DNA of 64,000 nt from Bacteroidales bacterium (GCA_031547085.1 JAVBSH010000085.1:21579-85578); one strand, 5' to 3'; counted from the first letter of the stretch, positions 1-9,520 are shown. Program-made: numbers and translations. The notes: generated by a model not told the origin, from the letters alone.

Positions 1-13
1 TACCTGAAATAAT

Positions 14-364
14 ATGGATACGACCAGGGTATACAAAATATCTTTTGCAAGCGTCTATCCGCTGTATATTCAGAAAGCGGAGAGAAAGGGACGCACCAAA
101 GACGAAGTGGATGCTGTTATCTGCTGGTTGACAGGCTACGACAAGCAGGCATTGCAACGGCAAATTGATACAAACAGCGATCTTGAAACCTTTTTTACCC
201 AGGCACCCCAAATGAATCCGAATGCCTCGAAAATAACCGGTGTCATTTGTGGTTATCGCATAGAAGAAATAGAAGATTCGTTGATGCAAAAAATCCGTTA
301 TATGGACAAACTGGTCGATGAATTGGCGAAAGGTAGGATCATGGATAAAATACAGAGGAAATGA
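14..364 (+). CDS. DUF2200 family protein
   Basis: SFASVYPLY..KAERKGRT..EVD.VICWLTGY and ITGVICGYRIEEIED..IRYMDKLVDELAKG motifs. Confidence 0.85.
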   Translation: MDTTRVYKISFASVYPLYIQKAERKGRTKDEVDAVICWLTGYDKQALQRQIDTNSDLETFFTQAPQMNPNASKITGVICGYRIEEIEDSLMQKIRYMDKLVDELAKGRIMDKIQRK

Positions 365-400
365 ACTGAAATAAGTTGTGAATCGATAAATTTCAAACAA

Positions 401-886
401 ATGAGAAAGATTAAAATCGAAATCAAATGGGCGTTGGTTTTCGCTACTTTGGGACTTTTGTGGATGCTTGGTGAAAAGTTGGCAGGACTACATAACCAAC
501 ATATTGATAAACACGAAACATACACCCTGTTTTTTGCGATTCCGGCTATTGCCGTATATGTATTCGCTTTGTTGGACAAGCGCAGGAATTACTACAAGGG
601 AACGATGACCTATATGCAGGGATTTGTTTCCGGGTTGATTATTTCGATAGTTGTTACCGTACTTAGTCCGTTGACACAATTCATTACATCGTATGTTATT
701 ACGCCCGAGTTTTTCCAGAACGCCATCAACTATGTGGTGGAGCACGGACGAATGACACAGGCAGAAGCGGAAAGTTATTTCAGCATGAAGAATTATATTA
801 TTCAAGGATTGATGTGGGGAATAGGCATGGGTGTGGTTACATCAGCTGTGGTTGCCATTTTTACAAGAAAGAAAAAATTGAAATAA
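401..886 (+). CDS. DUF4199 family membrane protein
   Basis: 161 aa, four hydrophobic segments, typical Bacteroidetes family. Confidence 0.75.
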   Translation: MRKIKIEIKWALVFATLGLLWMLGEKLAGLHNQHIDKHETYTLFFAIPAIAVYVFALLDKRRNYYKGTMTYMQGFVSGLIISIVVTVLSPLTQFITSYVITPEFFQNAINYVVEHGRMTQAEAESYFSMKNYIIQGLMWGIGMGVVTSAVVAIFTRKKKLK

Positions 887-1356
887 TGAATGCAGAATAT
901 TCTTTCCGTTCCGCAACATCCGACGATGCGCAAGCCATCAAGAACATGGCACGGCAAGTTATAATATCCAATTACACATCGTTTCTGGGGGCAGAAGCCG
1001 TCCGGAATTTTATTGAAAGCGGTTTGTCAGATAGAGAAATCGACAACGGCATGAAACATTGTACATTGATGATTTGTAATGAGAAGATTATCGGGTTTTC
1101 CATAACAAATGATTCCCTGCTGCATTTGATTATGATCGACCCCAGTTGTCAGAACAAAGGATGCGGTTCGAAATTGCTGGCTTACATTGAAAATATTTTG
1201 TTTGATAAATATGATACGATTCATTTGCAATCATTCAAAGAAAATACGCAAACCGTTCGATTTTACCTTAAAAACAACTGGAAGATCATGGAAGAAAAAG
1301 TTGTTCCGGAAATCGGAAAAACCATGTTGTTGTTCAAAAAAACGAGAAATGGATAA
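886..1356 (+). CDS. GNAT N-acetyltransferase
   Basis: ATG at 886 overlaps the previous stop; IDPSCQNKGCGSKLL motif A and RFYLKNNW. Confidence 0.8.
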   Translation: MNAEYSFRSATSDDAQAIKNMARQVIISNYTSFLGAEAVRNFIESGLSDREIDNGMKHCTLMICNEKIIGFSITNDSLLHLIMIDPSCQNKGCGSKLLAYIENILFDKYDTIHLQSFKENTQTVRFYLKNNWKIMEEKVVPEIGKTMLLFKKTRNG

Positions 1357-2152
1357 CGTTTTGAAATATTATCAAGGCAGAATTCCCGCATGTGGTGTAT
1401 TCTGTGGCGGTTGTCCTGTCTATACAAGACCGAAAAAGCCATGCCCGGGCGCTGAAATAAATTTCCAACGATGCGAAAACTGTAAAACTTTCCATTTGTG
1501 CTGCAAGGAAAGGAATATCACAAACTGCTTTCAATGTAAGATTTTCCCTTGCTACAAATTCAAACGCTTTGCCAAAAGCTGGCTGAAATACGGACAAGAC
1601 CTCATTGGTAACCAACAGCTATTAAGCAAAGTCGGAATGGATGAGTTCCTGAAATATTATAATTTAAAAATAAACTGTATGTACTCTATCCGTCAAGCAA
1701 CCCTTTCTGATGTTTCTGAAATGAAGGAACTATATCAGAATACCATTTTGACTGTTAACCGGAAGGATTATTCTGTCGAAGAAGTCGAAGACTGGGCTTC
1801 ATGCGGTGACAATATAGACCATTGGGATGAATTGTTTGCCGAACAATATTATATTGTGGCTGAAGATAATCGAGGGAAAATAGTTGGCTTCGCTTCCATA
1901 AACGATACAGGTTATATGCACACTTTATTTGTACATAAAGATTTCCAACATCAGGGAATCGCCACTTTGCTTTATCAAACGCTTGAAAAATATGCCAAAG
2001 AAAAAGGTGTTGAAAGAATAACATCGGAAATCAGCATCACTGCACGGTCATTCTTTGAGAAGCAAGGCTTTGTAGTCGATGAGGAACAAAAAAGGAAGGC
2101 AAACAAACTGTGCCTTACCAATTACAAGATGAGCAAAATATTGAAACGATGA
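1349..2152 (+). CDS. DUF3795 Cys-rich domain fused to a YafP-like GNAT
   Basis: CGVFCGGC..CENC..CC..CFQC..FPC, then VHKDFQHQGIATLL and ARSFFEKQGF. Confidence 0.75.
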   Translation: MDNVLKYYQGRIPACGVFCGGCPVYTRPKKPCPGAEINFQRCENCKTFHLCCKERNITNCFQCKIFPCYKFKRFAKSWLKYGQDLIGNQQLLSKVGMDEFLKYYNLKINCMYSIRQATLSDVSEMKELYQNTILTVNRKDYSVEEVEDWASCGDNIDHWDELFAEQYYIVAEDNRGKIVGFASINDTGYMHTLFVHKDFQHQGIATLLYQTLEKYAKEKGVERITSEISITARSFFEKQGFVVDEEQKRKANKLCLTNYKMSKILKR

Positions 2153-2168
2153 AAATAGTACATACAGC

Positions 2169-2606
2169 ATGGTAGTAACCGGCATATCAACGTCAGAATA
2201 TACCGAACTTATGCAGGTTTGGGAAGCATCGGTCAGGGCAACGCATCATTTTCTGAAGGAAGAAGATATTTTGTTTTTCAAGAAAATCATTCCCGAAAAA
2301 TATCTCGGCATGGTGCAACTATACGCTGTCCGTGATGCTGAAAACAAAATACTCGGATTCCTGGGCACTTCGGATGACGCTATCGAAATGCTGTTTATCC
2401 ATCCCGATGTCCGAGGAAAAAGAATCGGTTCCGCTTTGTTGGCTTATGCTGTGAATGAATTGCATTTATACAAAGTTGATGTGAACGAACAGAACGAACA
2501 AGCTGTCGGTTTTTATCTTCACAAAGGGTTTTCCATTGTTGGTCGTTCGGAATTGGACGGAACAGGAAAGCCATATCCGTTAATGCATTTGGAAATAAAA
2601 TCGTAA
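2169..2606 (+). CDS. GNAT acetyltransferase (YjaB-like)
   Basis: VWEASVRATHHFL, MLFIHP..RGK.IG, VDVNEQNEQAVGFY. Confidence 0.88.
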   Translation: MVVTGISTSEYTELMQVWEASVRATHHFLKEEDILFFKKIIPEKYLGMVQLYAVRDAENKILGFLGTSDDAIEMLFIHPDVRGKRIGSALLAYAVNELHLYKVDVNEQNEQAVGFYLHKGFSIVGRSELDGTGKPYPLMHLEIKS

Positions 2607-2621
2607 AAAGAGAAAAAAGAG

Positions 2622-2888
2622 ATGAATGCAAAATTTGAATTTGATGCTGAAATCAAAAAAGTGCCGGACATTGACGGGGCTTATGTGGAAATACCATTTG
2701 ATGTAAAAGCCACATTCGGCAAAGGCCGCGTTCCGGTCAATGCTACGTTTGACAGTGTTCTCTATCAGGGCAGTTTGGTAAAAATGGGAACACCTTGCCA
2801 CATTATCGGCATACGGAAAGACATCCGTCAACAAATCGGGAAACAACCGGGTGACATGGTTCATGTGGTAATTGAGGAAAGGACATAA
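2622..2888 (+). CDS. DUF1905 domain protein
   Basis: [38 protein letters not shown]. Confidence 0.8.
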   Translation: MNAKFEFDAEIKKVPDIDGAYVEIPFDVKATFGKGRVPVNATFDSVLYQGSLVKMGTPCHIIGIRKDIRQQIGKQPGDMVHVVIEERT

Positions 2889-2914
2889 CGTTTTGAGACC
2901 AATCATGTATCTGT

Positions 2915-3559
2915 ATGAAAGAGCTTTTGATTGAAAAAATACGATATTCAGAAATAAATGAGGTCGCCCATATCCTGACTGATTCCTTTCTGACAAATCC
3001 GGCTTACGCTCTTATCTTCAAAAAGGAAAACCAGCGAAGGGACGGATTGCTATGGGTATTCAAAGCAAGCCTCATCCTTAATAATCAGGAGCAGGCATTA
3101 ACGCATGTCATAAAAGAAAAGGATACACATAAAATAATCGGCACATTTACGTTAGTGCCGCCACGGGGAGTTAAAAACAGCCTTTCTACCTATTTGAAGA
3201 TAGGACTCCCCGGTTTTATCGCAAAATTTGGGGTGGCCTCCTTGATACGGATGCTCAGTTTGGATGATTGCAATAAGAAATCGTTGGGAAAGTCGATAAA
3301 AGCTCTTGAATACTATTACTTGTCTATGGTTGTAATCCAGAAGGAATTCAGAGGAACAGGAATTGGCTCCTATGCTATAAAACAAGCAATTCAGGAACTT
3401 GAATCTTCTAATCCTGTGTGTCACTTAATGGGGTTAACCACTCAACTGCCGGAGAATGTCACTTTCTATTCCCGGTTAGGTTTTGAAAAACTGGATGAAG
3501 GCAATATCGGTTTCAAAGGAGACAAATACTATAATTACAATATGAAACGGCACTTATAG
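2915..3559 (+). CDS. GNAT N-acetyltransferase
   Basis: YYLSMVVIQKEFRGTGIGS; NVTFYSRLGF. Confidence 0.8.
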   Translation: MKELLIEKIRYSEINEVAHILTDSFLTNPAYALIFKKENQRRDGLLWVFKASLILNNQEQALTHVIKEKDTHKIIGTFTLVPPRGVKNSLSTYLKIGLPGFIAKFGVASLIRMLSLDDCNKKSLGKSIKALEYYYLSMVVIQKEFRGTGIGSYAIKQAIQELESSNPVCHLMGLTTQLPENVTFYSRLGFEKLDEGNIGFKGDKYYNYNMKRHL

Positions 3560-3568
3560 ACTAAAAAT

Positions 3569-3934
3569 ATGAATATTGAAGAATTTCGTAACCATTGCCT
3601 GTCTGTAAAAGGGGCTGTCGAATCGATTTCCTTACAGAATCGCAATGTATTGGTCTGTAAAGTAATGGAAAAGGTGTTTGTCTATCTTCCGTTGGAAAGC
3701 GAAGACGGCAAATTTAGAGCATACCTTAAATGCCATCCGAAAAGGTCGGTCGAATTACGTGAAAAGTACAATGGAATAAACCCCGACACTTTTAAAACCC
3801 TTTTGTGGAATTGGGTTACGTTAGAAAGCGATGTACCTGACGAGTTGATTAAAGAATTAATCCGGCATTCGGCAGAGGAAGTAATCAGTAAACTACCGAA
3901 AAAGAAACAGGAAGAATATAGACTAAGCAAATGA
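3569..3934 (+). CDS. MmcQ/YjbR family DNA-binding protein
   Basis: MNIEEFR..CLS.KG, LKC.P..S.ELRE.Y, SDVPDELIKELI.HS. Confidence 0.8.
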   Translation: MNIEEFRNHCLSVKGAVESISLQNRNVLVCKVMEKVFVYLPLESEDGKFRAYLKCHPKRSVELREKYNGINPDTFKTLLWNWVTLESDVPDELIKELIRHSAEEVISKLPKKKQEEYRLSK

Positions 3935-4269
3935 TGAAACAATTAATTGCCTGTTGCGGATTAGATTGCGAAAGTTGCGATGCCCGCATAGCCACTGTTC
4001 AAAATGACAATGAGTTAAGAGAAAAAACAGCTCAAAAGTGGAGTGTAATGAATAATGCACCGGAGATTACAGCAGCAACCATCAATTGTATGGGTTGTCG
4101 CGCAGACGGAGTAAAATTTGCGTATTGCAGCGATTATTGCGAAATCCGCAAATGTGTGCATGACAAAGGATTTAATACCTGCGGCGACTGTAAGGAATTG
4201 GATGATTGTCCGATAGTTGGTGCTGTTTTTCAGCATGCTCCAAGCGCAAAAAAAAATCTTACCTTTTAA
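3931..4269 (+). CDS. DUF3795 domain protein
   Basis: IACCGLDCESC..CMGCR..CEIRKC..TCGDC. Confidence 0.8.
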   Translation: MMKQLIACCGLDCESCDARIATVQNDNELREKTAQKWSVMNNAPEITAATINCMGCRADGVKFAYCSDYCEIRKCVHDKGFNTCGDCKELDDCPIVGAVFQHAPSAKKNLTF

Positions 4270-4285
4270 TTATTACATACTATAT

Positions 4286-4465
4286 ATGGCAGAACATAAT
4301 TGCGAAAATTGCCCGATAAGGGCTAAATATGATAGAAATCCGAAATCGATAATAGGGCGGTTTTGGCGGTGGCATATCAACTTCTGTCCCGGATGGAAAA
4401 ACTATATCCGCTGCGTCGATGAAGATACAAGGACTGCTTTGAATACAAAATACAGGTTGAAATGA
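4286..4465 (+). CDS. small hypothetical protein
   Basis: MAEHNCENCPIRAKYD..RFWRWHINFCPGW; overlaps the next start. Confidence 0.6.
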   Translation: MAEHNCENCPIRAKYDRNPKSIIGRFWRWHINFCPGWKNYIRCVDEDTRTALNTKYRLK

Positions 4466-4749
4466 AAAACGGAATAAAATATGAGTTTTCTGCCATCCCT
4501 TGGCAACAGTGCTGGTATTTCGTTTCCCTCCCCGAAGATATGGCAAACGAAATCAGGGAAAACCTGAAATTTCAGGAAGAAGGTTGGGGACGGATGAAAG
4601 CAATAGCAAAAATTGGCAACACCCAGTGGGAAACCGCTATTTGGTTTGATACGAAACGTAAAACATATCTGCTTCCAGTCAAAACAGACATAAGGAAAAA
4701 AGAAAATATCGGGGTTGACAGAGAGGTAAAAGTTTGTATCTGGATTTAG
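4462..4749 (+). CDS. DUF1905 domain protein
   Basis: WYFVSLP..GWGR..A.IG.T.W.TAIWFD..YLLPVK..IRKKE. Confidence 0.75.
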   Translation: MKNGIKYEFSAIPWQQCWYFVSLPEDMANEIRENLKFQEEGWGRMKAIAKIGNTQWETAIWFDTKRKTYLLPVKTDIRKKENIGVDREVKVCIWI

Positions 4750-4765
4750 TAAATACAGGAACAAC

Positions 4766-5137
4766 TTAATTTGCAATCGACTTCTTATTCGCAACAATGA
4801 TAATCAATGCTTGCGGAAGAACAAGCCAAAAGCCGGATACAGGTTCTATCAGACAGCCGAAAATGCCCAACATTAAAAGTGCATATCCTACATGTACCGG
4901 GGACGGTCTTTGCTCTCTTTTGATATTATACTGCAAAGTATAGCCATAAAGAACCAGCAATATCCCAAAGAGAAAGAACCAAAAAGCAAATTCACGGGTA
5001 AAATCATTTTTCGTTGAATTGACCAATCCGTCGCACAGCATATCGGCATAAATATCCTTCCCCATGATAAAGCCGACAACAATATGGATGATTCCCGTAA
5101 TCCATAGGAATGTTCCACTATATTTCCAGAGTTTCAT
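4766..5137 (-). CDS. DUF6463-like membrane protein
   Basis: Hydrophobic 123 aa with GIIH, AFWF and PVSGFWL motifs. Confidence 0.6.
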   Translation of the reverse strand: MKLWKYSGTFLWITGIIHIVVGFIMGKDIYADMLCDGLVNSTKNDFTREFAFWFFLFGILLVLYGYTLQYNIKREQRPSPVHVGYALLMLGIFGCLIEPVSGFWLVLPQALIIIVANKKSIAN

Positions 5138-5149
5138 ATTGGTATGTTT

Positions 5150-6001
5150 TTAGTTTGTTTCATTTTTTATAATGAACCTTATTATTCCTTCAATAACTGT
5201 ATCCCAATCCAACCGGTGGATTTCATGCCCTGCACCATTTAGCGGCATCAGTTCTGAATGAGGAATGGTGTGATGTAACGCTTCGGCATGGGCAAAGGGT
5301 AATACAATATCTTCCGTTCCATGAATAATCAATGTTGGTATTGTAATCTCTTTCGATTTCCCGTATAAACTTTCGCCACCCTGTATCAACGAATGATTCA
5401 GCATACAGTGCAGATTATTGGCTCTTTCCACTTCCGTAGTCGCCAGTTTTCTTGCTTGTTTCTCTTCAAACGGATGTCGGGAACCGTTCAGCAGTTGCCA
5501 TCCATCCACCATGTAGCTGATGATTGCTTCCTTATCTTCCCAATCCAAACCGGCAACGGAAGAATGGTATTCGATAACAAGTTTATCAATCTGTGGTAAG
5601 TAGGGCAAATCATCCCAAACACTTGATGAAATAAGAGTCAGGCTTGATACCCGTTCCGGATTCCGGATGGCGGTAATTTGCGCCAGCATTCCACCAAGCG
5701 ACATTCCTGCCAAATGGGCTTTCTCAATCTGGTACGCATCCAGGATATTCAGTACATCATCGGCCATATTCAATACATCATAATCTGGCTGAAACGGCAC
5801 GGAGCAAGAGGATTGTCCCATATCCCTGTTATCGTACCGGATGACATGGAAGCCCTTATCTGCCAATTTCTGACAGAATTCTGTATCCCACCATACCATG
5901 GATGCACCGGCTCCCATCATCAATAACAATGAAGGATTCCGGGTATCTCCAAAACTCTCGGTGCAAATTTCTATCTTATTTTTCTTCACTCTCTTTTCCA
6001 C
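5150..6001 (-). CDS. alpha/beta hydrolase, EstT/EstX/RdmC-like esterase
   Basis: TESFG, W..EFC..L..KG..VIRYDNRD.G.S, GMSLGG nucleophile elbow, IHGTED, GAGHE. Confidence 0.85.
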   Translation of the reverse strand: MEKRVKKNKIEICTESFGDTRNPSLLLMMGAGASMVWWDTEFCQKLADKGFHVIRYDNRDMGQSSCSVPFQPDYDVLNMADDVLNILDAYQIEKAHLAGMSLGGMLAQITAIRNPERVSSLTLISSSVWDDLPYLPQIDKLVIEYHSSVAGLDWEDKEAIISYMVDGWQLLNGSRHPFEEKQARKLATTEVERANNLHCMLNHSLIQGGESLYGKSKEITIPTLIIHGTEDIVLPFAHAEALHHTIPHSELMPLNGAGHEIHRLDWDTVIEGIIRFIIKNETN

Positions 6002-6051
6002 TGTTACTTAAACTTTATCTGTGAATACCGCAATATATCCTCGTTCCCATT

Positions 6052-7113
6052 TTAGTCGTAAATAGACTCCCTCATTTTCACTAATAGCTCGTTTATCCGA
6101 TTTTCGTCCGGCATATCCGGCAAATCGCTTGTGGCATACAACTGTTCTATTCCGGCTATTTTTTCATTAGCCATTTTTACCAGTTCATCGTATAAAAATT
6201 CACCGTTCTTGATTTTGAGAAGAAAATCCCTGTCCTTCCGGAACACATGAATTTGTTTTTCAACAGCAATTTCTTCCGCCATGTTCAGCAGACGGAATGT
6301 ATGCATCATATTTTTTGCATCGTAGTTTTTACCATGCTCTAACGTATTCTGAAAACGGATATCATTCCGGTTGCCTACCCAATCCCAATATTGAGCATAT
6401 TCTTTACAATAGATAGAATATCCATCTTTATTAAAACTCATCATTGCCTTTGGCTCCAACTTTTCAGGGATTGAACTCAATTGAATATCATTGGCATTAT
6501 CTCCGGAACAAACTCCCGATAGCTTTTCTTTTGTCTGACTTTGATGAAAAATAGCGTACATATCTTTTGAATGTGGGATGTTGATTAATCCGCAATCTTC
6601 TTGTTGATAATCATTTCTGTTAAGCCAAACTTGTAGGGGAACAGAAGTATGCCCCTCAATGATGTAACAAAAGTCCAATATGCTTTTTCGTTTTTCATCT
6701 ACCGGGTTGAAAATCTTTTTGTTAAGACCTTTAGCCTTCTTTATTTGCGATTGTGCATATCCTGCAAATGTTTGCAAACAAAGTTTTGAAAGAAACATCT
6801 CCGGCTGAATTAAATCCATAACCGGATGTTTATATAGAACTTTGTCAGAAGGTGTATTCAGCAGTTCCAAGATATTGGGATTGTTCCGGGCAAGTAATTC
6901 CATAAACCGTTTCAACTCATAATATACAATATCATTAGTCGGATTGGCTACCTGTTCAGTATAATAAAGTCCATAAAACTCCTCTTTGCCAAGAGCATAG
7001 ACTCCTTTGATATCCGTATCTGATTGTGGGGTATCTAAACCATAAGCCTTACTGCCACTTATACATTGTAGCAGTAGAACCTGTTGATTGTTATGTACTT
7101 GTTCGAATGTCAT
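6052..7113 (-). CDS. Pol-beta superfamily nucleotidyltransferase (RlaP/PF10127-like)
   Basis: ISGSKAYGLDTPQSDTDIKG (GS..DxD), NPNILELL, YDAKNMMHTFRLL. Confidence 0.85.
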   Translation of the reverse strand: MTFEQVHNNQQVLLLQCISGSKAYGLDTPQSDTDIKGVYALGKEEFYGLYYTEQVANPTNDIVYYELKRFMELLARNNPNILELLNTPSDKVLYKHPVMDLIQPEMFLSKLCLQTFAGYAQSQIKKAKGLNKKIFNPVDEKRKSILDFCYIIEGHTSVPLQVWLNRNDYQQEDCGLINIPHSKDMYAIFHQSQTKEKLSGVCSGDNANDIQLSSIPEKLEPKAMMSFNKDGYSIYCKEYAQYWDWVGNRNDIRFQNTLEHGKNYDAKNMMHTFRLLNMAEEIAVEKQIHVFRKDRDFLLKIKNGEFLYDELVKMANEKIAGIEQLYATSDLPDMPDENRINELLVKMRESIYD

Positions 7114-7859
7114 GAAATAAAATTTCTGAATAAAACATTTAACGGTTCGATATCTATATTCTCTTTATTGGTCAAAGGAACCTGTTGTTCACAAAACTCC
7201 ATTTGTTCTTCAATAAATGCATTCAGAACCGCAACCGGTTGAATGGTCGTTTTTTCAGTAGCCTGGGCTTTTATCGTTAGTAATTCATCAATCGCTTTCT
7301 GCCAGGCTTCATCTTTAATCTGATTCCTGAGTAAAGCAAACTCCATTGGTGGAAGTTCTTGTTTATCAACAATCCAGCGAGCAGCTAATAATGGACGAAG
7401 GCAATAAAAATATTTTTTTATTCTGACTTCATCTCCCTGCAACTCACTCCATGCGTTTTTTGCCATACCTAAGTAGTGGTGCATGCCTTTCCGCAATGAA
7501 AAATACTCAGGCATTAAACCCTTTAAGTCTTTCAGGAAAGAATCATCTTGCTTGTAAATAATCGGAGATTGCAGCCATTCATAGAGTGGCGCATTGGAAT
7601 TACAAAATAAACGAAGTGATTTCCTGAAATCCCAACCGTTGATATCCAGTACTTCATTGACAGGAATATCAATGGTGTCCTTTTTCTCTTCAATACTCAA
7701 ATATTGCTCTTTTGATAAACTGTAAATAAAGCGCACATCATAATCGCTGTCTGTGGATGGGAAACCCCACGCGCGGCTCCCCGACTCACAGGCATACAAT
7801 ATCCGGACATTATATTTTTCTTCTATCCCGATTAATTTATCTTGTATCTCTTGAAACAT
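7110..7859 (-). CDS. Pol-beta superfamily nucleotidyltransferase (YcgL/RlaP-like)
   Basis: ACESGSRAWGFPSTDSDYDVRFIY, DINGWD.RK, EWLQSPIIY, KKYFY.LRP; start placed at ATG 7859. Confidence 0.88.
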   Translation of the reverse strand: MFQEIQDKLIGIEEKYNVRILYACESGSRAWGFPSTDSDYDVRFIYSLSKEQYLSIEEKKDTIDIPVNEVLDINGWDFRKSLRLFCNSNAPLYEWLQSPIIYKQDDSFLKDLKGLMPEYFSLRKGMHHYLGMAKNAWSELQGDEVRIKKYFYCLRPLLAARWIVDKQELPPMEFALLRNQIKDEAWQKAIDELLTIKAQATEKTTIQPVAVLNAFIEEQMEFCEQQVPLTNKENIDIEPLNVLFRNFIS

Positions 7860-7867
7860 AACTCTCC

Positions 7868-7955
7868 TATTTTCTGTAAATATAGTGAAAGGTGAGCGGC
7901 AAATCAAGCTTGCTTGAATTTGTCCGAACCGCATCCTATATAATGCAAATATATG
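7868..7955 (-). repeat. small palindromic intergenic element with internal TAnnTTTG promoter box
   Basis: Minus strand TATATTTG followed by hairpin CAAATTCAAGCAAGCTTGATTTG, between rtcB and the first nucleotidyltransferase. Confidence 0.45.
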
Positions 7956-7958
7956 CAT

Positions 7959-9131
7959 TTACCCTTTAATCACAGCCAACGGACTCAATTCAGTTCTGAT
8001 TTTCACCAAATCCGATTGAAAGGCCATTACTTGAGAAATATCTTTATAAGCTGAAGAAGCTTCTTCCAAATCCGATTGGCTTCTCACGGAATGAATAATT
8101 CCCAATTCATCTAATTTGCGTTTTTCAGCTTCTAAATCCAGCGTTTTAATAGCAGCACTTCTGCTTAATGCCCGTCCGGCACCATGTGAACAACTCATAA
8201 AACTTTCCGGATTTCCCAAACCTTCCACAATATAGGATTTTGTTCCCTGTGAACCCGGAATAATTCCGGTTTCTCCTGCTTTGGCTGAAGTTGCCCCTTT
8301 TCGGTGAATTATCACTTTCTCTCCGAAATGTTCTTCGAAAGCAGCATAATTATGGGCAATATTGATAATTGGCTCGTATTCCACATTCGTTACAACTGAA
8401 GAAATTGCTTCTTGAATCCGTTCCATCATCAATCGGCGGTTGGCAAATGCGAATTCGGTACAGTAACGCATTTCTTTGTAATACTTATGTGCTTCATCTG
8501 TCTGGAAAGGCAGGAATGCCAAATCTGCTTTGGGGTTGACTGAAGAAAACCAGAGTTCATTCATTTTCTTTGCTGCTCTGTTGTAATGGTCTGCCACCTG
8601 CTTTCCTAGATTACGGCTTCCTGAATGTATCATAATCCACAAGTAACCATCATTACATCGTTGTAATTCGATGAAGTGATTTCCTCCTCCCAGCGTTCCG
8701 AGCTGCTTCAAAGCCCCTAAATATTGGTTTTTGATGACGTGAAGTTCATCAATATTAAAATCCTGTGGCATCAGGCTTTCGTCCTGACGTTCTTTCTGAT
8801 GCTCGAAACCCAGCGGGACCGATTCACGGATACCACTCATTATTTTTTTGATGTCTTCTTTGGATAAGGAATCGGCAATAGTGTTCGTTTTTACAGCGCA
8901 CATTCCGCAACCGATATCTACACCGACAGCATTCGGAATAATCACTCCTTGGGTTGCCAATACTCCTCCTATAGGCATTCCATAACCCTGATGAGTATCC
9001 GGCATCAAACAAATTTGTTTGAAAGCAAATGGCAGATTCGCTAAATTCTTAGCTTGTACAATAGAACCTTCTTCCGGTTCATCCAACCAGATTTTGATTG
9101 GAATTCTTTCTGTTGAAATTACTTTTTGCAT
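7959..9131 (-). CDS. rtcB: RtcB family RNA 3'-phosphate/5'-OH ligase
   Basis: MPDTHQGYGMPIG, VGVDIGCG, LGTLGGGNHFIE, HSGSR, HNY, HRKGA, SCSHGAGR, AYKD. Confidence 0.96.
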   Translation of the reverse strand: MQKVISTERIPIKIWLDEPEEGSIVQAKNLANLPFAFKQICLMPDTHQGYGMPIGGVLATQGVIIPNAVGVDIGCGMCAVKTNTIADSLSKEDIKKIMSGIRESVPLGFEHQKERQDESLMPQDFNIDELHVIKNQYLGALKQLGTLGGGNHFIELQRCNDGYLWIMIHSGSRNLGKQVADHYNRAAKKMNELWFSSVNPKADLAFLPFQTDEAHKYYKEMRYCTEFAFANRRLMMERIQEAISSVVTNVEYEPIINIAHNYAAFEEHFGEKVIIHRKGATSAKAGETGIIPGSQGTKSYIVEGLGNPESFMSCSHGAGRALSRSAAIKTLDLEAEKRKLDELGIIHSVRSQSDLEEASSAYKDISQVMAFQSDLVKIRTELSPLAVIKG

Positions 9132-9157
9132 AATAGACTACAAATTAAACATTAAAA

Positions 9158-9263
9158 ATGAGAGCAACTGGCATAAAGGGATTCATAACATTACTGTTAT
9201 GGCAAGATTTGAACTTGCACGCTGAAAAGCTAACCGATGGAGCCCTTTACTACGGCATCTCAT
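9158..9263 (-). ncRNA. Y-RNA-like unit 5 (basal stem + T arm + acceptor-like hairpin)
   Basis: ATGAGA-TGCCGTAG-TAAAGGG...CCCTTTA-TGCCAGTTGC-TCTCAT; T arm GCAAG-TTCAAAT-CTTGC; CATAACA-GTAA-TGTTATG. Confidence 0.75.
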
Positions 9264-9271
9264 ATCACTAA

Positions 9272-9407
9272 AAACAGAAGTAACAAGCGAAAAGGGAAAC
9301 GGGGCCTGACGTGCCGGAGTCGAACCGGATAGTCTCGTCGGTTTTACGACCTCACTATTCCTCCCCTAAATTGAGTCGAAGTAACCCTTCTCTACGACAT
9401 TCTGTTT
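9272..9407 (-). ncRNA. Y-RNA-like unit 4 (basal stem + extra hairpin + T arm)
   Basis: AAACAGAA-TGTCGTAG-AGAAGGG-TTACTTCG...CCCTTTT-CGCTTGTTAC-TTCTGTTT; T arm CCGG-TTCGACT-CCGG. Confidence 0.75.
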
Positions 9408-9422
9408 GTGAATTAAAATCAA

Positions 9423-9512
9423 AAATGAGAGCAATATTCATGAAGAGACATGGCCGGATTCGAACCGGCGGTGGCCACTTACGAAGTACTTCTTCATTAC
9501 GGCATCTCATTT
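9423..9512 (-). ncRNA. Y-RNA-like unit 3 (minimal: basal stem + T arm)
   Basis: AAATGAGA-TGCCGTAA-TGAAGA-AGTACTTCG...GCCGG-TTCGAAT-CCGGC...TCTTCA-TGAATATTGC-TCTCATTT. Confidence 0.75.
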
Positions 9513-9520
9513 GTTCAGTA

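Noticed and set aside
14-4749. Integron cassette array
   Set aside because: No attC-like palindromes or spacer room between genes, and no IntI.
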